Under the pieces are notes generated by a model that worked only from the letters and a program-made list of their open reading frames with translations, was not told where the DNA came from and did no database searches. From the IMG/VR virus record IMGVR_UViG_3300025450_000015, positions 89,701-153,700 of that record: 64,000 nucleotides of DNA, one strand, 5' to 3'. Below, piece by piece: positions 39,096 through 48,478 of the stretch; position 1 is the first letter of the stretch, and the number at the start of each line of letters is the position of its first letter. This stretch comes from a virus. The translations under genes were made by a program, and so were the position numbers.

Positions 39096-39550
39096 TGGGA
39101 TGGTATTCTAAGGTTTCAAAAGATATTAGTAACATACCAGATGCGGCTGAATTCTTTGAAAGCGAATTAGTTGAAGCTAAGAAAGAATGTAAGATTAGTG
39201 GAAATGTTGAACGTGCCGCGGCTGCAATGCCCGGCATCGTTGAACAACGATTCATGCAATTACAGGAAATCGAAGCAATACTAGAGTATCTTAACATTGA
39301 ACTACGTCGTCTAAAGAGCCAACACTTTCGTAAATACTTAGAGAATTATCAACGTGCTCTTAGTAGCAGAGATTGTGAAAAATTCGTCGAAGGTGAAGCA
39401 GACGTAGTCGACTTTGAAAAAATTATCAATGAATTTGCCCTGTTAAGAAATAAGTGGTTAGGTATTACTAAAGCACTTGATCAAAAACAGTGGCAAATTA
39501 CAAATATTGTAAAATTACGTGTTGCTGGTATGGAAGATGCAAGCATATAA
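39095..39550 (+). CDS. uvsY: Recombination mediator (UvsY-like)
   Basis: Helical 151-aa protein ending KALDQKQWQITNIVKLRVAG, located between uvsX and uvsW. Confidence 0.7.
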   Translation: MGWYSKVSKDISNIPDAAEFFESELVEAKKECKISGNVERAAAAMPGIVEQRFMQLQEIEAILEYLNIELRRLKSQHFRKYLENYQRALSSRDCEKFVEGEADVVDFEKIINEFALLRNKWLGITKALDQKQWQITNIVKLRVAGMEDASI

Positions 39551-39573
39551 CTAATTTGTCCAAAATTATGACC

Positions 39574-39606
39574 ATAGGCCTTAAATAATATGAGGCCTAT
39601 TTTTTT
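39574..39606 (+). terminator. Putative intrinsic terminator
   Basis: ATAGGCCT...AGGCCTAT inverted repeat followed by T6. Confidence 0.6.
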
Positions 39607-39614
39607 CTAACCGG

Positions 39615-39643
39615 TTGACCTTTGAAAAAAGTAAGTGTATACT
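39615..39643 (+). promoter_or_regulatory. Sigma70-type promoter
   Basis: TTGACC-17 bp-TATACT, 7 nt before ATG 39651. Confidence 0.7.
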
Positions 39644-39650
39644 AACACAT

Positions 39651-40844
39651 ATGAACGTAGATACATTATTAAAAAATATTCTTGACGAACCAGACAATTA
39701 TTCTCAGGCAAATTTGCCTAAAAAAGAGTATAATACTCTGCTGAGTTTATTTTCGTCAATTTCTTCGCATAACTACATCACTGAGAATCAAGGTCGGCTA
39801 ATTCTTAAAATTCTCCAAGAAAATTCCAAAAAAATATCGAAATTTTCCGAGGCAATTTTTGAAGCCAATCGCGATCCTCAGTGGTCGAAGACGTTCAGAG
39901 TGGTTGAACAGGTAAGAAAAATGTATGTGACCACGGACCATGAAGAAAAAATGCTATTGGCCATAGATTTTACATTTTCTTCACAAATTCGTAAAATTTT
40001 AGTAGACAACGCTAAAAATATTGAAAACTTTTTGACCAAGGATGATGGTAAAAAATATGTCGCAGACCTAACAGAACGTAATATTGTATTTTTACTTGAA
40101 CTTCTAAAACCATTCAAATTTGATGTTGACCAACTGATACAAAATCATTATGAAACCATAAAATCTTGGTCCGAAGACGAAATTCGTGACCAATTTTTAA
40201 TCGGTAATATTAGTAATACCAACTTCCAAAAACACATTACTAACGACTTAGGGGTCGAGACCGCCATTGATCAAAACATAATTATTGACCGAAGTATGCG
40301 GTACCAATATCGACCAGAAATTGCCAGAAAAATCGGTGAAAATTTGACCGAAAGTATTGCTCATCGAGAAAAATCAAGAGTATGGGTCAACAAACATGAA
40401 CACAGTTTATCCGAAATTATTGAAAGTTTGATAAAATTAAGAAGACTACCGTTGCTGGTTGTATTCGATACAATGGTCAATAACAAGTACCTAGAAAATC
40501 TCGAAATTTTGTCAGATGCCCTGGAAAAAAATGGAATTTTTGACCACACTGGAATTTATTTTAGATTGGCTAATGATGAATTGGGTAAGAAATTTAATGA
40601 ATTTATTTCAGAAAAACAGTATAATTATAACTTAACAAATGACACAATCGTGGCCGGTGTAATGAGTGGAAAATTACCGAAATTTTTCCTAAAAAATGCG
40701 TGGCGGCCAATGAGTGTAATAACCTTAGATACAAAAATGGGGCTACGTCACGGTAAAACTTCAGTGTATGCCAACTGCTGTGATTGCATAATTGAGTGGG
40801 CAGATGAGCCTACAATGTTCGAAGGCAAGGTGATTGGACGATGA
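39651..40844 (+). CDS. Hypothetical protein
   Basis: Long ORF with ATGA coupling to uvsW. Start moved to ATG 39651 because the track start (TTG 39615) is the -35 box. Confidence 0.7.
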   Translation: MNVDTLLKNILDEPDNYSQANLPKKEYNTLLSLFSSISSHNYITENQGRLILKILQENSKKISKFSEAIFEANRDPQWSKTFRVVEQVRKMYVTTDHEEKMLLAIDFTFSSQIRKILVDNAKNIENFLTKDDGKKYVADLTERNIVFLLELLKPFKFDVDQLIQNHYETIKSWSEDEIRDQFLIGNISNTNFQKHITNDLGVETAIDQNIIIDRSMRYQYRPEIARKIGENLTESIAHREKSRVWVNKHEHSLSEIIESLIKLRRLPLLVVFDTMVNNKYLENLEILSDALEKNGIFDHTGIYFRLANDELGKKFNEFISEKQYNYNLTNDTIVAGVMSGKLPKFFLKNAWRPMSVITLDTKMGLRHGKTSVYANCCDCIIEWADEPTMFEGKVIGR

Positions 40845-42310
40845 GTGTAAAATTAGTAATTCGTGACGAAGTCAACATAAAACTTGAAAATTTGCCTTTA
40901 GAAATTCGCAAGAAATTAGTCGCAACATTCAAGTATGAGGATCCTACGGCACGTTATAGACCAGCTTATAAACTAGGTCGGTGGGATGGAAAAGTCAGTC
41001 TATTTGGTCTTGGTGGTAACGGTTATTTGAGCCAGTTAGAAAAGATACTTGAAATACTTTACAATCAAAATATTGAAGTAGAGGAAATAGACGATCTCAG
41101 AAAAACTAGTAAAATTCAGTTCGAACCGGTGACTACAAACTATTGGGCAGACCAGGGAAAAGTGTGGCCAGAAGGTCATAGATTTGCTGGAGAACCTATT
41201 GTACTGCGTGAAGATCAGGTTGAAGTTGTTAACCGTTTTTTCACCAATACACAAGCACTACAAGAAGTTGCAACAGGTGCTGGCAAAACTATTATGACAG
41301 CAACGTTGGCGCATTGTGCTGAAAAATATGGACGTTCAATAGTCATAGTTCCTAATAAAGATCTAGTCACACAAACAGAAGAAGACTTTGTAAACGTTGG
41401 GTTAGATGTTGGAGTTTACTATGGTGATCGTAAAGATATAGGTAAAACTCACACTATATGTACCTGGCAAAGTCTTAATATTTTAGATAAGAAAAGTAAA
41501 AACTGGGATGCTGATCTTGCACTAACATTGGCAGAATTTCTCGATGGTGTCCAGACTGTCATAGTTGACGAAGTACACATGGCCAAGGCAGAAGTGTTGA
41601 AGAATTTACTCACACAGAATCTATGTAATGCACCTATACGTTGGGGACTAACTGGTACAGTACCTAAAGATGCGTTTGAAAGAGAACCCATTTTTGCCAG
41701 CATTGGCCCAGTGGTCGGAGGCATCAAAGCACACGAATTACAAGAGATGGGAATTCTTAGCAATTTACATGTAAATGTGTTACAACTAATAGACTTACCA
41801 GAGTTTAAATCATATCAAGAAGAATTAAAGTATCTTGTCACTAACAAAGATAGGATGCAATATTTTAGTAAACTTGTTCAAGGCATCGCAGATTCAGGCA
41901 ATACATTAATCTTAGTCAATAGGATTGATACAGGCAAATTATTAACAGAAATGATAGAAGGCGCTGTGTTTATTTCAGGCGAAGTTAAGGGAAAAGATCG
42001 TAAAGAGGAGTACAAAGGACATGCAACAAATGACAATAAGATTACTGTGGCGACTTATGGTGTGGCCGCTGTGGGTATTAATATTCCTCGTATCTTTAAT
42101 TTGGTTTTGTTGGAATCCGGAAAGAGCTTTACTCGCGTTATCCAATCTATTGGACGTGGTATTAGGAAAGCAGAAGACAAAGACTTTGTACAGATCTGGG
42201 ATGTAACTTCAACCTGCAAATTTGCCAAGCGTCACCTCACAACGAGGAAAAAATTTTACAAGGACGCCAAATATCCATTTACTTTAGAAAAAGTGGACTG
42301 GCAAAAATAA
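40841..42310 (+). CDS. uvsW: SF2 DNA helicase (UvsW-like)
   Basis: WDGK, ATGAGKT, DEVH, GLTGT, GINIP and QSIGRGIR motifs. Confidence 0.92.
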   Translation: MSVKLVIRDEVNIKLENLPLEIRKKLVATFKYEDPTARYRPAYKLGRWDGKVSLFGLGGNGYLSQLEKILEILYNQNIEVEEIDDLRKTSKIQFEPVTTNYWADQGKVWPEGHRFAGEPIVLREDQVEVVNRFFTNTQALQEVATGAGKTIMTATLAHCAEKYGRSIVIVPNKDLVTQTEEDFVNVGLDVGVYYGDRKDIGKTHTICTWQSLNILDKKSKNWDADLALTLAEFLDGVQTVIVDEVHMAKAEVLKNLLTQNLCNAPIRWGLTGTVPKDAFEREPIFASIGPVVGGIKAHELQEMGILSNLHVNVLQLIDLPEFKSYQEELKYLVTNKDRMQYFSKLVQGIADSGNTLILVNRIDTGKLLTEMIEGAVFISGEVKGKDRKEEYKGHATNDNKITVATYGVAAVGINIPRIFNLVLLESGKSFTRVIQSIGRGIRKAEDKDFVQIWDVTSTCKFAKRHLTTRKKFYKDAKYPFTLEKVDWQK

Positions 42311-42316
42311 GGAATT

Positions 42317-42823
42317 ATGCAGATACTGACATTAGATAATACAACGTTCTTATTGAACAACTTACCAGAAGAAGTGGATGAGAATACACGGTTTGCGGTC
42401 CTAGACAATAGTAATCCAGCTGAACCAGATTTTTTCTTTATGCCATTAATCTTCTTGGAAAGTTTCAACGCACCAGCAATGGTATTAAGGATCGGTGACA
42501 GCGAAATTGCAATGCCGTTGGATTGGTCAATAGCAGTAGGAGATAGTCAAAGCGGATGCGACATTGAAATTTTACCGTTAACAAGTTTAAATGACAGAGG
42601 GTTTGAAGCCTTATGTTTTAACCCATTAAGCTCGTTTAGGGTAGAGTTTAAAAAAATAGAAATAGTAAATTTTTACAATGATGTAAAATGGTACTTTCCT
42701 AAAATGAAAAACAGTCAGTTATTAGCAACACCAATTTCACAAGGTGCTAAACCTGATTGCGTATATTTTGTCAAGGAGATATCGAGACAAAATGAAATTA
42801 TTCAGTTGGATAAATTATTATGA
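42317..42823 (+). CDS. Hypothetical protein
   Basis: 168-aa beta-rich ORF with an AAGGA RBS. Confidence 0.65.
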   Translation: MQILTLDNTTFLLNNLPEEVDENTRFAVLDNSNPAEPDFFFMPLIFLESFNAPAMVLRIGDSEIAMPLDWSIAVGDSQSGCDIEILPLTSLNDRGFEALCFNPLSSFRVEFKKIEIVNFYNDVKWYFPKMKNSQLLATPISQGAKPDCVYFVKEISRQNEIIQLDKLL

Positions 42824-43458
42824 CATTACAAGTAGCATATTTTCAACCAATTATTATGGCTATCGACACAGTTCCTCCTGTGGAGTTTAGCAGAATTTAT
42901 AGCCTGGCAGAAACACTACATGCCCATCCAGAACTAAACGATTCTGGGGAAGATATTCTTAGTATCAGAGGTGGACAACAGGTACATGTATATCCCAATG
43001 AACTAGGGTTAGACGTTAGTTGGTTAATTACATGGATTGAAAAAATTTGTCAAGGATACATGGATTTAGTCACAGCACAATCCGGACATCAGGATCTAAA
43101 ACTTTGTAAACCTGTAGTTGGAAGCATTTGGACCATTAGACAAGAGTCAGGTGATTACCAGGAAATTCATGTACACCCTAACGCACACATTAGTGGAAAT
43201 ATCTATATCAGTGCTCCTGAATTAGACGAGTTAACTAAAAAGCCCAGCGATAGTCAGTTGATTTTTCAGTTGCCTATGAACCGAGACATATCTAAATTTG
43301 TTATGCAAGACACTTGGAAATATACGCCAAACCCTGGTAGTGTAATTGTTTTCCCAAGCTATCTTCCGCATACGGTTTATCCTTGGAAAGGAGCCGGGCA
43401 TAGAACAGTTATGGCGTTTGATGCTAAATTATACCCCATCGACGAGGAAGTAAAATGA
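42820..43458 (+). CDS. Putative 2OG-Fe(II) oxygenase (TIGR02466-like)
   Basis: HVH...SGNIY...PGSVIVFPSYLPHTVYP...R.VMAF motif set. Confidence 0.78.
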   Translation: MTLQVAYFQPIIMAIDTVPPVEFSRIYSLAETLHAHPELNDSGEDILSIRGGQQVHVYPNELGLDVSWLITWIEKICQGYMDLVTAQSGHQDLKLCKPVVGSIWTIRQESGDYQEIHVHPNAHISGNIYISAPELDELTKKPSDSQLIFQLPMNRDISKFVMQDTWKYTPNPGSVIVFPSYLPHTVYPWKGAGHRTVMAFDAKLYPIDEEVK

Positions 43459-44042
43459 ATTTAATCCCAGTTGGAATACAAATATATCAAAGTTCAATCT
43501 CCGATGATTTTTATAAATTTTTATTAGACGAATATGAAAACCATCTGGGAGATTACCAGCCACTAGAACAAAACGAAAATTTCTGGAATGGCGGTGCAGA
43601 TTTTAAATTTTTAAAAGAAGAGCATAGAGATTACTATAATAAACAGATTGGTCGTCATGTTAATCAGTATGTTGGTAACAATGATTTAAAATTATCAAAT
43701 CAGTGGATCAATGTACAAGCACACGATGGGTTCTTGCCTATGCATGATCATTATGGTATATTGTCTTATGTGATTTATCTAAAAGTTCCTAAATTTAGAG
43801 CCAATTATTTTTATAAAAAGAAACAAGATATCGGTTATGTTGAGGGTGCTATTCAATTTAATTTTGGATACAAAAATAGTTTATTTCCACCACAGGCTCT
43901 CATTCATCCTGAGGAAAAAATGATATTAATTTTTCCGGCAGAGATTCAGCATTATGTTTATCCGTTTAGAGATAGGGAATCAAAGAGAGTATCTATTTCA
44001 GGTAATTTTGTCAAAATTAAGGATATCGAAGTCGATGGGTAA
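43455..44042 (+). CDS. Putative 2OG-Fe(II) oxygenase (TIGR02466-like)
   Basis: WIN...PMHDH...LSYVIYL...ILIFPAEIQHYVYP...RVSISGN motif set. Confidence 0.78.
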   Translation: MNLIPVGIQIYQSSISDDFYKFLLDEYENHLGDYQPLEQNENFWNGGADFKFLKEEHRDYYNKQIGRHVNQYVGNNDLKLSNQWINVQAHDGFLPMHDHYGILSYVIYLKVPKFRANYFYKKKQDIGYVEGAIQFNFGYKNSLFPPQALIHPEEKMILIFPAEIQHYVYPFRDRESKRVSISGNFVKIKDIEVDG

Positions 44043-44283
44043 CCTTAAACCTGGAGCTACTTATATCTATGAACGAGCAGATGGAGTGACCTATGCTCGA
44101 GAAGTAGGAGCCGATCCCGATACAAGAACACCAATAGGGTGGGATTATGATCCAGTGAATGGTCACCGCATAAACGACTTTTGGCGGGGTGTAATTGAAG
44201 AGGCACAAACCAATCCTGCTTTACAAAAGGCCTTGGATCGTGTTATAATGTTATATAAACTAAGTAAAGAACGTTATGAGTGA
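44035..44283 (+). CDS. Hypothetical protein
   Basis: Start reassigned to ATG 44035 (MGNLKPGATYIYER); overlaps both neighbours by 8 bp. Confidence 0.6.
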   Translation: MGNLKPGATYIYERADGVTYAREVGADPDTRTPIGWDYDPVNGHRINDFWRGVIEEAQTNPALQKALDRVIMLYKLSKERYE

Positions 44284-44752
44284 TAAAATTGAACTTAAAG
44301 AAAAAATAGCGTTTGTTGATTTGAACGCAAAATCTGTTTGGGATGAAATGACTCCTGAACAACAAAAAAGTCTTAAAAGCGAATTGTACATTCTTAATCG
44401 TTATATCAGTAACGTAAAAAGTAACAAACGTGAAATACAAGAACATTTTGTATTAACAGTTAACGAGTATTTTAACAAGCATTGGAATACTTTACAAAAA
44501 CATCCTAAGCTACTTTGGCAATTATTGTGCATGTGTAGCTATGATGGATCTACACAATTTTATCATGAATGGATTGGTTTTAAGAAGAAAACTGGTAGTA
44601 ATAAAAAGACAAAATTCTTAGAAGAATTGATGCCTAATGCCAAACGTGATGAAATTGAAATGTTGGCAGAAATGTCAACAGATAAAGAAATAAAAGATCT
44701 TGCACGCCTGCATGGCATGGACGAAGCCACCATTGCTAAAAAATTAAAATGA
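44276..44752 (+). CDS. Clamp loader small subunit-like protein (T4 gp62-like)
   Basis: YILNRYIS...VNE..N...W.LL...WI..KK pattern and size resemble gp62; lies in the replication module. Confidence 0.55.
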   Translation: MSDKIELKEKIAFVDLNAKSVWDEMTPEQQKSLKSELYILNRYISNVKSNKREIQEHFVLTVNEYFNKHWNTLQKHPKLLWQLLCMCSYDGSTQFYHEWIGFKKKTGSNKKTKFLEELMPNAKRDEIEMLAEMSTDKEIKDLARLHGMDEATIAKKLK

Positions 44753-45441
44753 TGGCACTAGCACCGCAACCATATATCTGTCAATATTGTAATAAAGGGT
44801 TTATGCAAGAAAAAACCCTGTTTGTACATGTGTGCGAACAAAAACGAAGAGCACTTGCACGTACAGAAAGACACGTAGTATTAGCTTATGATACCTTTAA
44901 TAGATTTTATCAAACAACACAAAACAACAAAGGTAATAAGACCTATGACGAATTTGCAAAAAGTCCTTATTATAATGCTTTTGTTAAGTTTGGGTCTTTC
45001 GTCAGTAATGTTAACCCTTTATATCCTCATAAATTTATTGATTATGTGGTTACATCTGGGGTAAAACTAGATCATTGGTGTCGTGAAGAATTATATGAAC
45101 AATATGTTTTTGATTTAATTAAACGTGAATCAGTGGAGACGGCACTTGAACGCAGTATCATTCATATGCAGGAATGGAGTGATGCAAATAATGCGCCATG
45201 GAATCATTATTTCTTATATGTTAGCCTAAGTCGTGCTTGTTATGATATCAAAGACGGAAAAATTAGTCCTTGGCTGGTCTTGAATAGTGCCAGCGGCAAA
45301 GCCATGCTACAAAAATTTAGCGACGAACAACTAGCACATATACAAAATATTATCGACCCACCGTTCTGGGTAAGTAAATTTAAAAAATTACCAGCAGATG
45401 TAGAATTAGTAAAACAAGTAGTCAAAGAGAGTGGAATTTAA
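44749..45441 (+). CDS. Hypothetical protein with N-terminal zinc finger
   Basis: CQYC-X12-HVC zinc-finger-like motif. Confidence 0.65.
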   Translation: MMALAPQPYICQYCNKGFMQEKTLFVHVCEQKRRALARTERHVVLAYDTFNRFYQTTQNNKGNKTYDEFAKSPYYNAFVKFGSFVSNVNPLYPHKFIDYVVTSGVKLDHWCREELYEQYVFDLIKRESVETALERSIIHMQEWSDANNAPWNHYFLYVSLSRACYDIKDGKISPWLVLNSASGKAMLQKFSDEQLAHIQNIIDPPFWVSKFKKLPADVELVKQVVKESGI

Positions 45442-46010
45442 TGCCAGATATCGATATCGACTTTGCAGATAGAACAAAGGCTTTAGCATTATTAAAGCAT
45501 GTAGACGCACGGATTGATACTAATAAGAAACATAATACTGGTGTGTATTGCACTAGTATTCCGCATAATCCTATCGATGGAATTTCTACATTAGATTATA
45601 AAACGGCAGAAGAAAGAGGATATTTTAAACTCGATTTTTTAAACGTTTCAGTGTACGAAGGCGTTAATAGTATACAGCATCTAAAAACTTTATTGAATAC
45701 GGAGCCTATATGGGATCTATTATTAGAAGACGATTTCGTCAACAAACTGTTTCACGTGAATGGTCATGGGGCAATACTCAGAGAGATGAAACCAACAACG
45801 ATCGAACAACTGGCGGCTGTTTTGGCAATGATTCGTCCTGCAAAGCGTCACTTAGTTGGAAAAGATTGGAATACCGTGAACTTAGAAGTTTGGCAGAAAC
45901 CCGAAGGAGATGAATATTTTTTTAAGAAGGCACATGCTGTAGCCTATGCACATGTAATTGTTGTGCAGATGAATTTAATTTGTGAACAATTAGCGAACTT
46001 TTCTAACTAA
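45441..46010 (+). CDS. Miniature DNA polymerase III alpha (DnaE)-like protein
   Basis: PDIDIDF, KHNTGVY, GYFKLDFL, LAMIRP and FKKAHAVAYA occur in DnaE order within only 189 aa. Confidence 0.8.
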   Translation: MPDIDIDFADRTKALALLKHVDARIDTNKKHNTGVYCTSIPHNPIDGISTLDYKTAEERGYFKLDFLNVSVYEGVNSIQHLKTLLNTEPIWDLLLEDDFVNKLFHVNGHGAILREMKPTTIEQLAAVLAMIRPAKRHLVGKDWNTVNLEVWQKPEGDEYFFKKAHAVAYAHVIVVQMNLICEQLANFSN

Positions 46011-46364
46011 TTGAACACTTTTACGCTTGACTCTTTTTAAAGTAAGATTCATTAAATTAACCACAGGACCTAGTAATACTCTTACATCTTTACTGTTAAA
46101 TGTTTTAACACAATAATTAAAGGGATGAATTTGCTCCCTACAGAATATGTTTATAGGAAATTGACGGTTACTTTCCCACCACCAAGTTTCACCTATTTCT
46201 AGGAATTGTGTCTTTTCTTCGGGAGTTTTAATAGCATTGAGATCATAGAAACTAGTGACGTACTGGTCCTGGTTGATTATGATGCCCACGTATTCATTTT
46301 CGCCGTAGTTAATGACGCTGATAAAGGGTAAATTTTGTTCGATGTTGTCTCTTAATTTTGCCAT
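45990..46364 (-). CDS. Hypothetical protein
   Basis: ORF with a WWWESNR motif. The likely start is ATG 46364 (MAKLRD), which avoids overlap with the divergent gene. Confidence 0.6.
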   Translation of the reverse strand: MAKLRDNIEQNLPFISVINYGENEYVGIIINQDQYVTSFYDLNAIKTPEEKTQFLEIGETWWWESNRQFPINIFCREQIHPFNYCVKTFNSKDVRVLLGPVVNLMNLTLKRVKRKSVQLVRKVR

Positions 46365-46388
46365 AAATACTATTAAAGGTTCTGCCAA

Positions 46389-47492
46389 ATGCAAAAAATC
46401 CAAAGTTATTTATATCCTAATAGGATCATTCTATTAGCCGATTTGGCAGGATTCACTGTGGAGAACCGTGTCGTGTACGCAAGAACAATAAAAATTTACA
46501 ATGGAGTCGACAACGTCCTTGAATTTGACATTCAGAATGTTGATCAAAAGCGTCTCGACCTAACAACAGCTTTGAATAATATTGTAGTTAATATTATGGA
46601 TCAAGGCGGCAAAGCATTGCCCAACAGCCCATATAACATGAATTTGCAAAGTGTAGCTAGTGCAACTAATGCCACAGTTGTTGCTACTAACGGAAAAAGT
46701 TCTAGTACAACTATTACTATTCCAACCGCAAATATCACTGGAACATTTTCAGTAAACTATCAAGTAACTGGAACAAATATCATAGGCCCAGTATTTGTCA
46801 GCGGAGTTGCTAGCGATATCGATAGTGCAACTACAACATTAACTGTAACGTTTCAAAGTCAAACAGTTGCTGGTGCTAATGGCTTGTCAATTAATAACAT
46901 TGTTAAAGGTTTAGGAAATATTGTAATTCCTCAAGAAGATCTTTCAGACTTAGCAGATCAGTATTTGACTTATAGCGTTACAGGTATTGACCCAGCTGGC
47001 AATGAAATTATGTTGTATAATGACAGTCAGTTTGGTGCACCTGGTAGAATACAATTGATTGGTAATGCTACTCCAACTTTCAGAAATGAAATGGTTTACG
47101 ACAGTTTTGTTGGCGAAATCAACTTCATGGGTAATGTTATTAATCATACTCCTGCGATTCCTTGTAAATTTTACGAAGCAGTTCCGATTGAGTATATGAA
47201 TTTTGAAGTAACTCTAGTAAACTTTATTGGAACAGTTTATGTCGAAGCCACTGAAGACATGACTATTGCAGTTAGTTCGTTTTTAAATAGTCCGCAACTT
47301 CAAAGTTACACATTCAATACCGCTACAACTACCACTGTGACCTTTAATAATGTTCCAGTAGCAAGCACTGGTGGGCAATACAACTACATGCGTATCAGTT
47401 GGCAGTATCCAGATGTTTGGCAATATGGTAGTCAACAAAACCCAACTTTGACTTATGGTTCGATAACCGAAGTAGTAGCATATTCTTCATAA
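46389..47492 (+). CDS. Putative virion structural protein
   Basis: Beta/Thr-rich 367-aa ORF preceded by CATAAATA (46362-46369). Confidence 0.55.
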   Translation: MQKIQSYLYPNRIILLADLAGFTVENRVVYARTIKIYNGVDNVLEFDIQNVDQKRLDLTTALNNIVVNIMDQGGKALPNSPYNMNLQSVASATNATVVATNGKSSSTTITIPTANITGTFSVNYQVTGTNIIGPVFVSGVASDIDSATTTLTVTFQSQTVAGANGLSINNIVKGLGNIVIPQEDLSDLADQYLTYSVTGIDPAGNEIMLYNDSQFGAPGRIQLIGNATPTFRNEMVYDSFVGEINFMGNVINHTPAIPCKFYEAVPIEYMNFEVTLVNFIGTVYVEATEDMTIAVSSFLNSPQLQSYTFNTATTTTVTFNNVPVASTGGQYNYMRISWQYPDVWQYGSQQNPTLTYGSITEVVAYSS

Positions 47493-47495
47493 ATC

Positions 47496-47504
47496 TGTTA
47501 TAAT
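47496..47504 (+). promoter_or_regulatory. Extended -10 promoter (TGnTATAAT)
   Basis: tgttataat, 5 nt before the primase ATG at 47510. Confidence 0.55.
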
Positions 47505-47509
47505 AAGGC

Positions 47510-48478
47510 ATGAGCCTAATAGCGGATACATTACTTACATACCTGCCTGCAAAGCGTAAACATACTCCAAGTGGTTGGATTGGGTTCAACGCGGTATGTT
47601 GTGATGATAAACGACAGCGTGGCGGATTTATTGTTAATCAAGGCGATGCTGTAAGTTATCATTGTTTTAATTGCGGATTTAAATGCAGTTGGCAACCTGG
47701 TAGACACATAAGCAAAAAAATGAATGAGTTCATGCGGGATCTAAATATCCCCGATGATATCATTTCGCAGATGAGATTGGAAGCATTACGCTTAGATCAA
47801 AATAATACCGCAGAAGTTCGTAATATAATTCCTAAATTTGATATCCGTGCATTGCCCATGGATAGTATTGCGATTACAGACTTATTATCTAACCCTCCAG
47901 AAAAACTTATACCTGTATTAGAATACATGGTAAGTAGACGACTTTTTCCTGAAGATTTTCTTTTCTATTGGACTCCAAAAGTTGGTTTTAGTAACAGGTT
48001 AATTATTCCTTTTTTATACAAAGGAGAAATTGTAGGCTGGACTGCCCGTGCAGTCAACGATGCACAACCTAAATATTTGTCAGAGCAACAACCTGGGTAT
48101 GTGTTTAATTTAGACAACCAACACAATGATCGAGAATTCATAATTGTTAGCGAAGGCCCGTTTGATGCACTAAGTATTGATGGTTGTGCATTGCTCGGAG
48201 CAGAGATCAAAGACAGCCAAAATTGGCTACTAAGACAGCTAGGTAAAGAAATAATTTTAGTACCAGATAGGGACGAAGCTGGTAAAGCAACACTAGAACA
48301 CGCACTTGAATATAATTGGTCAGTAAGCATGCCTGATTGGCCCGAAGGCATTAAAGATATCAATGATGCTGTGATTAAACTAGGTAAACTAGCTACGATG
48401 TGGTTGATTGTTAGTTCTAAAGAGTCTAACAATCTTAAAATACAACTCAAAGCAAAAAAGTGGTTTAAACATGATTAG
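47510..48478 (+). CDS. gp61: DNA primase (T4 gp61-like)
   Basis: Zn-binding CC...YHCFNC, RLIIPF, and TOPRIM motifs EGPFDA, PDRD and KDIND. Confidence 0.88.
   Translation: MSLIADTLLTYLPAKRKHTPSGWIGFNAVCCDDKRQRGGFIVNQGDAVSYHCFNCGFKCSWQPGRHISKKMNEFMRDLNIPDDIISQMRLEALRLDQNNTAEVRNIIPKFDIRALPMDSIAITDLLSNPPEKLIPVLEYMVSRRLFPEDFLFYWTPKVGFSNRLIIPFLYKGEIVGWTARAVNDAQPKYLSEQQPGYVFNLDNQHNDREFIIVSEGPFDALSIDGCALLGAEIKDSQNWLLRQLGKEIILVPDRDEAGKATLEHALEYNWSVSMPDWPEGIKDINDAVIKLGKLATMWLIVSSKESNNLKIQLKAKKWFKHD

Noticed and set aside
42317-42823. Possible Hint/intein-like fold
   Set aside because: There is only a vague beta-strand pattern; the catalytic N-terminal Cys/Ser and C-terminal His-Asn are absent.
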